Virus record (IMG/VR): IMGVR_UViG_3300025098_005131
Direction: 5' to 3' (one strand)
DNA from: a virus
Lineage: Duplodnaviria > Caudoviricetes
DNA length: 64,000 bases
The notes below the pieces were generated by a model that saw nothing but the letters and a program-made list of their open reading frames with translations, ran no database searches and was not told where the DNA came from. A program made the translations under genes and the position numbers. Positions 1 through 8,817 of this stretch are shown here, piece by piece (position 1 is the first letter of the stretch; each line of letters opens with the position of its first letter).

Positions 1-305
1 TTATCAAAACCAAACGAGCTATTAACTAAACTTCCAAAAATATTTTCAGGAAAAATACTGTCGGTTTTCAAAGTAGCTTTTTGTTCGTCTGTAATATTTA
101 CATCTGTAAGTGCAGCTGCTATACCACCAAGTGGTAAAACATTAAAGCCTAACTTAACGTCAGCTAAGCTAATGCTTTCTTTGTAATTCTTTTGTCTAGA
201 AAGATAATCTTTACTAACGTTGTAAGCGTCTTCTAAAGAATTTCCATCTGTGTCGTCTTTTTTTAAAATCTTTCCGCTAGGATCTAAGATATATTTGGTT
301 GCCAT
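1..305 (-). CDS. Hypothetical protein, 3'-truncated by the window edge (MATKYILDPSGKILKKDD...)
   Basis: ATG at 305-303 two bases after the TAA of the upstream ORF; frame is open to position 1; follows the tape measure gene in the same operon. Not in the supplied ORF track. Confidence 0.7.
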   Translation of the reverse strand, partial: MATKYILDPSGKILKKDDTDGNSLEDAYNVSKDYLSRQKNYKESISLADVKLGFNVLPLGGIAAALTDVNITDEQKATLKTDSIFPENIFGSLVNSSFGFD

Positions 306-307
306 AA

Positions 308-577
308 TTAACCCTTAATTACAGTTTTACCTGTTAAATAGTCTTCAGTGTTAACTTCTTCATAGCTTTTATGATTTTTATTAAAATCATATTGTTTTGC
401 ACTTTCAACTTTTTCTATAAAGTCATCTTTAAAATAATTCATTTTTTTCTCAACAAGACTTTCAGCATCTTCTTTTGACATTTTAAAAAGTTCCATATAT
501 AAAGTTGCTAGGCCAGAAACTATTTCTTTTGTGCTCTCATTTTTTTTAAAATCTAATTTTTTAACTTTTTCAAACAT
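308..577 (-). CDS. Small hypothetical protein (89 aa)
   Basis: ORF with AAGGA RBS, directly downstream of the tape measure gene. Confidence 0.7.
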   Translation of the reverse strand: MFEKVKKLDFKKNESTKEIVSGLATLYMELFKMSKEDAESLVEKKMNYFKDDFIEKVESAKQYDFNKNHKSYEEVNTEDYLTGKTVIKG

Positions 578-592
578 ATATATTCCTTTATT

Positions 593-3500
593 TTAATATG
601 AAGCGTCTTCTGTAGAACCGAAAGAAGAGTTTCTTGTTGTGCCGTCTCCTAGTGTATCGTATGAACCGCCAAGATTTCTATCCTTTGCAAAAGCTACTAT
701 GTTTGCTTTAACACACTGCTTTGCAATCATTTCTCCATCCAGATTAACAGAAAGTTCTATTTTGTCAACGTGTTTAACTTGACCAGCACCTTGTGTATTA
801 CCACTAGCAGCAGGAGAAACCATTCCTGCGATTAAACTATAAACTTCTGCAGCCATATCTCCACTATATCTTATTGCAGCATCAATAGGCCCACCACTCA
901 TTCCTGCCATTATTTGGTCTGCAGGATTAAACAAAGTCATGTCAAAGCCATTAAGACCTCCTTGCAACAAAGCTTTACCTCCTCCTAACAAGTCTGAAAG
1001 AAAATCATTTGCTTGCCTAACTTGAATTGTTGTATTGTTTTTATTGTTTTTATTGTTTTCAGCAATCATGTCAAGTTGTTGCAACATTGCTCTTCCTATT
1101 TGGTTAGACGTTACATCCTGGTCAGAAGAGGAAGATTCAAGAGCTTTATCGACGTCTAGTCTATGAACATATTTTATTCTTTTATTTTTACTTCTAAGCT
1201 CAGCTTTAGCGTTAAGTATTTCCTTATTAGAATCAGACTGCTGTTTTTTAAATGCTTCACGCATGTATTGCAGCATACCTTGTGCTCTCATTTGATTTTG
1301 ATCTCCCGATCCTCCTCGGAAGTCTTTTGATGCAACCATATCTCTTATATCTTGAGCAGAAACTGCGCCTCTATAAAGCTTTTTAGCTCTATTAAAACCT
1401 ACTTCTTTAAGTTCTGCGTTACTTTTACTCATGCCTTCAAATGGATTTAGTCTTTCGTTAAGAATTTCTCCGACCTCACCAGCAATATCAAAAGCCATAC
1501 CTAGCACTTTTTTATTAACCCATACGAAAAAACTCATAAAAGGACCACTTGACTTTTTAAGTTCTTCAAATAACGTTTTAAAAGTATTTCTAATTGCTTC
1601 AACATCAGTTTTTCCAAGTTTGAAAAAGCTTGTAAACATAGTTGATACACTGTTTTTTTCTCCGCCATACCCTTGTAGCCAAGCAACCAAATCTCTAAAG
1701 CCTTTACCTACAAACTTAATAATGCCCGGGCCAATCGCCGCAAATCCTTTCAAGAACTTTCCTATAAGTTCTCCAGAAGCTTCCATCAACTTTGACGCAA
1801 CTGAGCCACCGGGTTTAAGGCCGCCTTGTATAGCTCTTATTGTTTTTAAAGAAAAAGTGTCTTGAACTTCTAAAAGGTCACTGTCATCTTTAAATGCTTT
1901 AATTAAAGAGTCTCCAAAAAAGTCAACGAAAGAGTTTGTAGCTTTATTTAAATCTTTTGTATTAAAAATTCCTCCTTCTTTAGACCCGGGTTTTCCGACA
2001 AGTTTTTCAAAAGTTTCTGTAATTGGTGAAAATATGCCTTTTATTTTTTTCGTAGTACTTTTATCTAAAGTCAATCCTGAAATATAAAAATCTTGCATTC
2101 TTTTTGATATTCTTTTAAAAATAGGGTCAAGACCAGATCCCAGTGTAATTGTTGCAGTTAGTCCTTTCTTGAAAGATTCAAAAAATGAGGTATCTGTAAT
2201 TACTTTTTGCATTTCTTTCAATGAGTCTGTCATGGACTTAATATTTTTTGTTTGTTGAACAGTTGGGTCATCTTCAGCCATTTTCTTTTGAATTTCAGCA
2301 TACGTCATTCCCATGTTTTTATAATTCATAACAGACTTAAGAGCTTCTGCTGAAAGACCTGTATGTTGTGCCATTACAGCTTTTTCATGACGATTAAGCT
2401 CATCAAAAGATCTGCCTGTCGCAAACATTGCATCACTAAACATTTCAATGATTTCTTCAGGTTTTTCTGCTCTTATTAATTGCAAAGCATCGACATTCAT
2501 TCCAAAAGTCTGTGATAGTAATGCTGCAGAATTGGCTGCATCTTCAAAAGTTCCAAACTTATTAAACATAGCAGATGCTTCTTTTACAGAAACACCCATT
2601 TGTGTTACTTTTGCAACAGTCTCAGAAAGTTCTTCATTTGTCAAGTGCCCAAAATTAATGATATCATTTCTTAAAACAAAGAAATTCTTTCTAACAAGCT
2701 TAACATTGAGACCAAATTCTTTAGAAACAGTCGCAGTTGATCCTGCAATGTCATCAAGCGTCTTAAATAAAGATTCACCGTTTTTTGCTGATTCCAGTGC
2801 AACATAACTAAAATCTTGCGTCGACACGCCTAAAGCTCGAGTTGCTTTAGTCAATAATATCAAATTATCAGGTGTTCCTTCTTTACTTATTTTAGCAACA
2901 TTCTCAGCAAAGATATCAGCAAACACGCCGGCATTTGTCAAAACCGACGTATACTCCTTTATTAAAGCAGTCACTCCACCGGCGCCGGAGCCAAAAAGTT
3001 TAACAAAATCATTTGTTACATTTTTAAACTTTAGTAATGTTGTAGTACTTTGCGCAAATTGTACAAGCCCTTTTGTTGCTTGACCTATTTTTCCGCCAAG
3101 TCTATCTGACATATCAAACAACTCTTTTGTTTCTTGCGCAGCATTTCCAATAGTTTCAACTATGTCTCTTCTAATAGAATTACCAATCTTTGCAGCAGAA
3201 GCTGCCATAGTCAAAGGTAAAGCAATAAAAAACTTTGTCAACTTCGCGCCTACCTTCATTGTCTGCATAAAGACTTTAACCATTGTACCACCAATTGCTG
3301 CAATGGCTACTCCTATAGGACCTAGAACTGCAGCTACTCTTGTAGCTCCAAATTTTGCAAGAGCACTAAACCTGGCAAAATTTGAAGTTGTGTTTACAAG
3401 ACCGTTATTAAGAGCATCAAGATCTTTTCCTGAATTCTTAAATGCTGAAAAGCTTTTTCTTATACCGCCTGTAAATTTGAATAATTTTTTGCCGTATTTT

Positions 3501-3856
3501 TGTAGTTTTCCGCCAAAAACGTCGTCAAGAACTTTTCCGTATGCTAGCGTTGATTTATTAAGACCTAAAAAGCTTTTTTCTCCTGATTCTGCAAAGTTTT
3601 TCATTTTTTCGCCGTATGACAAAAATTCTTTTACATTTTCAGATGCTATGTTAACAGCTTTTCCATGATCTTCCATTGCTGCTGTTTGATTTTTTAGCGC
3701 GTCTGTAGAAGCTTCCGCATCAGCATCTAGTGAAGCTGCCGCACGATTGGCCACATCAGACTGTGAGCTCTTATTTTTGGTGCCGGCTTGGGCGCCTTTA
3801 GCTGTGTTTCTTTCTATTTTCTTAAGAAGATCAACCATAAGCTCAGACTGTAACAT
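593..3856 (-). CDS. Tape measure protein (1087 aa)
   Basis: Long Ala/Gly/Lys-rich helical protein with hydrophobic Ala/Gly segment (VAAVLGPIGVAIAAIGG), directly downstream of the chaperone pair and tube/sheath genes, the canonical TMP position. Confidence 0.85.
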   Translation of the reverse strand: MLQSELMVDLLKKIERNTAKGAQAGTKNKSSQSDVANRAAASLDADAEASTDALKNQTAAMEDHGKAVNIASENVKEFLSYGEKMKNFAESGEKSFLGLNKSTLAYGKVLDDVFGGKLQKYGKKLFKFTGGIRKSFSAFKNSGKDLDALNNGLVNTTSNFARFSALAKFGATRVAAVLGPIGVAIAAIGGTMVKVFMQTMKVGAKLTKFFIALPLTMAASAAKIGNSIRRDIVETIGNAAQETKELFDMSDRLGGKIGQATKGLVQFAQSTTTLLKFKNVTNDFVKLFGSGAGGVTALIKEYTSVLTNAGVFADIFAENVAKISKEGTPDNLILLTKATRALGVSTQDFSYVALESAKNGESLFKTLDDIAGSTATVSKEFGLNVKLVRKNFFVLRNDIINFGHLTNEELSETVAKVTQMGVSVKEASAMFNKFGTFEDAANSAALLSQTFGMNVDALQLIRAEKPEEIIEMFSDAMFATGRSFDELNRHEKAVMAQHTGLSAEALKSVMNYKNMGMTYAEIQKKMAEDDPTVQQTKNIKSMTDSLKEMQKVITDTSFFESFKKGLTATITLGSGLDPIFKRISKRMQDFYISGLTLDKSTTKKIKGIFSPITETFEKLVGKPGSKEGGIFNTKDLNKATNSFVDFFGDSLIKAFKDDSDLLEVQDTFSLKTIRAIQGGLKPGGSVASKLMEASGELIGKFLKGFAAIGPGIIKFVGKGFRDLVAWLQGYGGEKNSVSTMFTSFFKLGKTDVEAIRNTFKTLFEELKKSSGPFMSFFVWVNKKVLGMAFDIAGEVGEILNERLNPFEGMSKSNAELKEVGFNRAKKLYRGAVSAQDIRDMVASKDFRGGSGDQNQMRAQGMLQYMREAFKKQQSDSNKEILNAKAELRSKNKRIKYVHRLDVDKALESSSSDQDVTSNQIGRAMLQQLDMIAENNKNNKNNTTIQVRQANDFLSDLLGGGKALLQGGLNGFDMTLFNPADQIMAGMSGGPIDAAIRYSGDMAAEVYSLIAGMVSPAASGNTQGAGQVKHVDKIELSVNLDGEMIAKQCVKANIVAFAKDRNLGGSYDTLGDGTTRNSSFGSTEDASY

Positions 3857-3923
3857 AAAAAAATCCTTTAGTTAGTAACTATCAAATATGTTATAAGTAT
3901 GTTTATCTTAAATAACTCTAAAA

Positions 3924-4181
3924 CTAAAAAGACTTTTTAAACATGTTATTTGCTCTTTTGCTTTGTTGGGGTAAAGGATTATTGTTTTGCTGAGACTGTT
4001 TTTCTAAGTCTGTCTTAAGTTTTCTTATAAACCATATTCTTTTCCAAATAGGTAATTTATATGCGTCTGCATAAGAAAAACTTAAATGTTGCATTAAGAC
4101 ATATATTTGTTCTAAAACAATGTCTTTATTTTCAGGCGTCAGGCCAAAAAAATGTAGGTCCGATTGGCAACTCAACCTCAC
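3924..4181 (-). CDS. Tail assembly chaperone C-terminal extension ('T'-like ORF); probably made by frameshift from the upstream ORF rather than from the GTG at 4181
   Basis: Overlaps the upstream ORF in the +1 frame and has only a GTG start without a clear RBS. Sequence FFGLTPENKDIVLEQIYVLMQHLSFSYADAYKLPIWKRIWF resembles the short helical ORFs found before TMP genes. Confidence 0.7.
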   Translation of the reverse strand: MRLSCQSDLHFFGLTPENKDIVLEQIYVLMQHLSFSYADAYKLPIWKRIWFIRKLKTDLEKQSQQNNNPLPQQSKRANNMFKKSF

Positions 4182-4974
4182 TTTCTTCGAAGCAGTGGGT
4201 GCATTCCATAGTTGCTTTCATATCAACACCAGGCTCGTGGTTATCCAAAAATCTTCTAAGCGCCAAAGAATCTCTTGCAGGCATGTTTTGAACAAAAAGT
4301 TTAATCTTGTTTTTATCTTTAATGTTTTCAATTTGTAGAATAGATCTATTTAAGCGATCAGTCACGCTATTGTCTGTATTTAAACCGCTCTTTTTCTTTC
4401 GATCATTTGTAATCATCATTTCTTTTTCGTCATGACCAGTTAAAAACTTAACTTTAACATTCTTTTTCGTTACAGGTAAGACAACATTAAAAACGTTTTC
4501 ACCTAAAACATCTGGCTCTACTTGCAATCTTTTAATCTTTAATTCAGACAAATTAAAAGTTGACTTATTTGACTTACTACAAGCAGGACAATTTATGTCA
4601 AGCTCATAATCAGCACCGTATCCTGTAATTCTTAGCGCGACTAATAAAGCGTTTCTGTCACCTGATATTAGATCGTCGGGGTCAATTGACTTGTCGACTA
4701 AACAGCTTTTGATTAGTTTTGAAATCACTGTTCCGTTCTTAATATAAGCTCTAGAAGTAAGAATATCTTCTTCCTTAGCTGTCATAGGTTTAATATCTAA
4801 AGTTTCAGTATCATAAATACCTTTATCTTCAGAGTATATAACACCTCTAGAAGGAAGTGGAACAGATTCAATAGCTAGTTCAAAGCCAAAGTCATCTAAC
4901 ATTACATTATTTTTTTTAATTGGGCTGCTGTCTGCAATTTCTGCAGCGTCTAGCGGCTTATCAAGATTATTCAT
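4132..4974 (-). CDS. Tail assembly chaperone / T4 gp26-like baseplate hub assembly protein (280 aa)
   Basis: Motifs LPSRG, IKPMTAKEEDIL, LISGDRNALLVALRITGYG, two CxxC pairs (CPAC, CTHC) and C-terminal FFWP; lies between sheath and TMP; AGGAG RBS. Confidence 0.8.
   Translation of the reverse strand: MNNLDKPLDAAEIADSSPIKKNNVMLDDFGFELAIESVPLPSRGVIYSEDKGIYDTETLDIKPMTAKEEDILTSRAYIKNGTVISKLIKSCLVDKSIDPDDLISGDRNALLVALRITGYGADYELDINCPACSKSNKSTFNLSELKIKRLQVEPDVLGENVFNVVLPVTKKNVKVKFLTGHDEKEMMITNDRKKKSGLNTDNSVTDRLNRSILQIENIKDKNKIKLFVQNMPARDSLALRRFLDNHEPGVDMKATMECTHCFEESEVELPIGPTFFWPDA
4146..4152 (-). other. Candidate programmed ribosomal frameshift site (ACA UUU UUU UGG to UUU UUU GGC)
   Basis: A7 run on + strand (U7 in mRNA) encodes Phe-Phe in both the 0 frame (PTFFWPDA*) and the +1 frame (HFFGLTP). 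Confidence 0.65.
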
Positions 4975-4986
4975 TAAGTACTCCTG

Positions 4987-7900
4987 CTATACAGATTCTA
5001 TTATTATATTATTATCTTCTTCAAAATTGTTAACAAAGTTTAGTAAATTATTTGTGCTTATTAAATTAAATAAATCACTACTTTGTGAACCTTTAAAGTT
5101 AATACCTATCTCTCCGCTAAACTCATTTCTAAACTTTTGTTGTCTAGCTCTTTCTGAATTTAATTTTACAGTATTAACATAATAATCATTTATTATTTCT
5201 CTATCAACGTAGCTTAACATAAATTCATCTAAACTTAAAAATAAATTAACATCTACTCTATTATCATTACTATCTATAGTATTAGGAGAGAATAACATAG
5301 GCGAGCCATTTATTAAAGGAGCTGTGAATAATATATTTCTAAGATTTCTAGTTATATCATGATAAATTCTAATATTATGAAAACTTCTAAATACAGATCT
5401 ATTATTTGTACTTAAAGTATTAGAAGAAAGAGGTTTTACAAATCTATTTTGACTCATTAGACCTATAGGATTAATACTACAATCAAAGCTTTTTGTCTGC
5501 TTAAGTAAACTATCAAAATTATTACAATTAAACTTAAATTGCATGTTTAAAGTTGAACTTACTGAAAGTGTGTCATCAGTATTATCATAGTTTACTGTTG
5601 CTATAGGTTGAGCTAATTGTGACTTTGAGAGTGACTTAAGATAAACAGTGCTAGGAGGAATTTCAACATTAAACTCATTTGAAACTACAGCCTCACAATA
5701 ATTGTACAAAGCTAGACTATATTTTGAGTTTATAGACATTAATTTAAAATTATTAATTGTCTCGTTTATATTACTAATATCATTTAGATCATCTTTGACT
5801 GTTTCATCAAAGTTTAGTAAATCACTAGGTCTATTATTAAAATCTAAAAAGTAATAAGATTTGTCTCTTTGCTTTGAACCTGTAACAATTTCAGGAACAT
5901 CAAATATATAATTAAAGCTTCTTTTTGTTTCTGCTAAGTCTACAATTTCTTTAATCAAACTTTGAGAAGATATTCCTGGCATGCAAAACAAATCAACTCT
6001 ACAATCTGTCTCTTCTGTTGCAATTTTATATGCAGTTCTATAAATCTCTGTGGTTTGCATTTCTGCATTTGGATCTGCAGCATTATTTGTTTCTCTTGCC
6101 ACAGAAAATCCTGACATGTCTTTTTTATAATAATCTAAAATATTAACGCCATCGAAGCCACCATAACTAAAAAAGTCAAAAGAAAGAAACAAATGATTAT
6201 CAGAATAATTTTCGTCGTTTGAATAAAGAAGCTTGTTTATATCCACATATTTAAAATTATTTTTTTCATCTAACGATGTAATTTGAGATATATCTTTACC
6301 ATCTCTTCTGTAAAATGAATAGTCCCATCTTTTTGAAACGTTTATATCATCTGCGGCGTTATATAAAATCTTTTCTAGATGAAAGAAGTTATATTGGGTA
6401 TTTTGATCTAGTTCTTCTTTCCATACACTATATTCGTCTCTATAACTACTAAAATATTTTGAATATTGTGATGCTTGATCAAAACTATTTGTTACGTTAT
6501 CGTTGTATAATTCCATTATAAAATTATAATTTTCACCATCTACTAAAACGTCTCTGACTTTAGTTAACTCTGTCTGATCAAATAGCACGCCCCACGATGC
6601 ATCTTCTTTAAAAATAGGTTTTATACCTTCAAATCTTAAAATCTGTCTATTTCCAGCAAACCTCATTGGGTTTTGAATAATCGGTGTGCTGTTAGTATTT
6701 TTACGAAGATTGTTTGTGTTTATAATAGGATAGTTTTTAAAGCCGGAAGGCATCAAAGTTGTTTGGATTACTTTATCTTCAACGTCATTTGTTACTTCTA
6801 CATAAATATGATTATTTGTTTTTTTATAGTTGCCAGCAGTTACTATTTTTCCTAAATCAAAATCATAATACTCATGCTCAGTGCCTATAACCTTGCAAAT
6901 ATAATCATCGCTTTCTGGGTTTAAGTTTAAATCAATATACTTCGCAATAGAATTATATCTGTTTTGAGTTTTAAGACAATAAAAAACTTCAACATCAAAC
7001 TTAGAATATAACTTATTAGGATCTATATTGTTATAATTTCCTAATCTTTTAGGCGTTATTCTAAATCTATATTTATTTCCTTCTTCACCGTCTGAATAAG
7101 TATGAAATCTAAATAATTCAACACACTCTTTCCATATACTTTCTTTACTAGTGTCTGAAGACTGTATTGTATTGACTGGTTGCGATACTACCCAAGGCGT
7201 CTTTGCTTTTCTAAAAACATCTTTAAAACTTTGATAGTTAATAGCATCTTGGACAGCTGAGTTTTGAAATGTTATAAATGATGCTGTTGAAGCTTTTTTT
7301 GTTTTCTCATTAGGATAATCAAATAAATCAATATCTCTAAACGAGCAATAATTTAAGTGGCCTCTGTTTAAATTAAAATAACTGCTTGTATTTAACTTGT
7401 CTTCATACATACTAAATCTTTTATAAGAATCAGTTTTAAGAGGCGTTTCAATAATACTTTTGCTCGAGTCACTCAATCCTTTAATATAAATGTAAGGATA
7501 AGATATGTCAGATTCGATGATTGCACTAGGATTGTCAGACTGGTAAGTTCCTAGTTCTTGCCTTTTTTGACTTAAATCTAGCTCATCTAGCAAATCTTTT
7601 TGTAGATCTAACTTTATTCCTTGTGCTGCAAATATAACATTTGTTATAATTCCTATTGTGTCATCTGTTTGTCCTATTTGATCAAAGTAGTTTTCAAAAG
7701 AAGAAGTATATACAACTTCTTGATCGTCGTGTCCATCTGGCCCAACAAAAGATCTTTCAGAAACATATTTGCCTTCAAAATAGCATAAACCGTTAATTAA
7801 ATCATTACTGCTTTTAACGGCATATTCATTAGGGTCAAAAAAAATTTGATTTCCGACTGTAAATCCTGCGTGATCGTATTCACCTGCTTGATTTTTTTCA

Positions 7901-8214
7901 AAACTACCGTTGCCTACGCCTAACACTCGAGTATAACTAAGCTGACTACCGTTATTTTCTAGCCAGACTTTTGAAGAAATTGGGCTTGCATGTTGTTTTT
8001 GAAAATTAAAGTCACCAAAGATATTTTCCCAAGTGTTGAGTATACTAGAATCTTGCGCAAAAGAGACGACTTGTTGTGGAACAAAAGCAGGGCCTCTCAT
8101 TGCTGTGCCGACAAGACTTAGCGTTTCGTCAGTTAAAGAAATAGTTTCTTCTTCTAGAAATATTCTTTGCGTAACTATGTCGCCTGTAATTTGTGCATTA
8201 TTTCTGTTTGACAT
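4987..8214 (-). CDS. Divergent tail sheath paralog 3 (1075 aa)
   Basis: N-terminus (AMRGPAFVP, IFGD, YTRVLGVG), central FRFHTYSDGEEGNKYRFRI and GGFDGVNILD align with the two canonical sheaths; C-terminal sheath motifs are degenerate. Confidence 0.8.
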   Translation of the reverse strand: MSNRNNAQITGDIVTQRIFLEEETISLTDETLSLVGTAMRGPAFVPQQVVSFAQDSSILNTWENIFGDFNFQKQHASPISSKVWLENNGSQLSYTRVLGVGNGSFEKNQAGEYDHAGFTVGNQIFFDPNEYAVKSSNDLINGLCYFEGKYVSERSFVGPDGHDDQEVVYTSSFENYFDQIGQTDDTIGIITNVIFAAQGIKLDLQKDLLDELDLSQKRQELGTYQSDNPSAIIESDISYPYIYIKGLSDSSKSIIETPLKTDSYKRFSMYEDKLNTSSYFNLNRGHLNYCSFRDIDLFDYPNEKTKKASTASFITFQNSAVQDAINYQSFKDVFRKAKTPWVVSQPVNTIQSSDTSKESIWKECVELFRFHTYSDGEEGNKYRFRITPKRLGNYNNIDPNKLYSKFDVEVFYCLKTQNRYNSIAKYIDLNLNPESDDYICKVIGTEHEYYDFDLGKIVTAGNYKKTNNHIYVEVTNDVEDKVIQTTLMPSGFKNYPIINTNNLRKNTNSTPIIQNPMRFAGNRQILRFEGIKPIFKEDASWGVLFDQTELTKVRDVLVDGENYNFIMELYNDNVTNSFDQASQYSKYFSSYRDEYSVWKEELDQNTQYNFFHLEKILYNAADDINVSKRWDYSFYRRDGKDISQITSLDEKNNFKYVDINKLLYSNDENYSDNHLFLSFDFFSYGGFDGVNILDYYKKDMSGFSVARETNNAADPNAEMQTTEIYRTAYKIATEETDCRVDLFCMPGISSQSLIKEIVDLAETKRSFNYIFDVPEIVTGSKQRDKSYYFLDFNNRPSDLLNFDETVKDDLNDISNINETINNFKLMSINSKYSLALYNYCEAVVSNEFNVEIPPSTVYLKSLSKSQLAQPIATVNYDNTDDTLSVSSTLNMQFKFNCNNFDSLLKQTKSFDCSINPIGLMSQNRFVKPLSSNTLSTNNRSVFRSFHNIRIYHDITRNLRNILFTAPLINGSPMLFSPNTIDSNDNRVDVNLFLSLDEFMLSYVDREIINDYYVNTVKLNSERARQQKFRNEFSGEIGINFKGSQSSDLFNLISTNNLLNFVNNFEEDNNIIIESV

Positions 8215-8224
8215 TCAAGTCTCC

Positions 8225-8266
8225 TGCATAAATAGTTTTTTTTTTGTGCTTATAACTATTTATGCA
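8225..8266. repeat. 13-bp perfect inverted repeat (TGCATAAATAGTT / AACTATTTATGCA) abutting the RBS of sheath paralog 3
   Basis: Arms at 8225-8237 and 8254-8266 with a 16-nt spacer, read directly from the sequence. Confidence 0.85.
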
Positions 8267-8292
8267 AAAAGTAAGTTGACAGAATCAATTAA

Positions 8293-8781
8293 TTAATATT
8301 GTAGAACGCAGTTATCGAACCTGATGCTTAAAGAAATATCTGTTGGATCGTCACCGTCGTAACTAAGGTCACCGTAAGCAGCACTTGTTAAAAATGCGCC
8401 TTTGATGTCCCAAAGCTCTACAACAGTCCCAACTGGGTCAAGCATCTTAAGCTGAATATCGCGCTTATAAAAGTCTGCATATCCTGCACGACCACTAACT
8501 GATTCGTAGTGTGTTCTAATCCATTCCATTACTTGCTGAGCTCCGCTTGGTGCAATAGGATCATGAATAGTAACAGAAAGTGAATCAAAAGTCATCTTAC
8601 CTGCGATGTATCTTTTCGCATTAATAAAGTTGATTTCAGTTTCGCCTATTTGGAATGTAGGTCTTGCAGCTGATTTAATAAGAAAAGCGTCGATGCCTTC
8701 GATTGCCAAGATCCATCGATTCTTTCTTTTTGGCTCAAACTTATTTGGAATCATTTCCGTGACTGAAAGTGTCTCTGGCAT
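8293..8781 (-). CDS. Tail tube protein (T4 gp19-like, 162 aa)
   Basis: FEPKRKNRW, SAARP, LSVTIHDPI, YKRDIQLKMLDPVGTVVELWDIKGAFLTSAAYGDLSY are typical myovirus tube motifs; directly downstream of a sheath gene. Confidence 0.93.
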   Translation of the reverse strand: MPETLSVTEMIPNKFEPKRKNRWILAIEGIDAFLIKSAARPTFQIGETEINFINAKRYIAGKMTFDSLSVTIHDPIAPSGAQQVMEWIRTHYESVSGRAGYADFYKRDIQLKMLDPVGTVVELWDIKGAFLTSAAYGDLSYDGDDPTDISLSIRFDNCVLQY

Positions 8782-8817
8782 TTTATTTTCTCCTAATAAT
8801 TCTTATGTATTTATATA

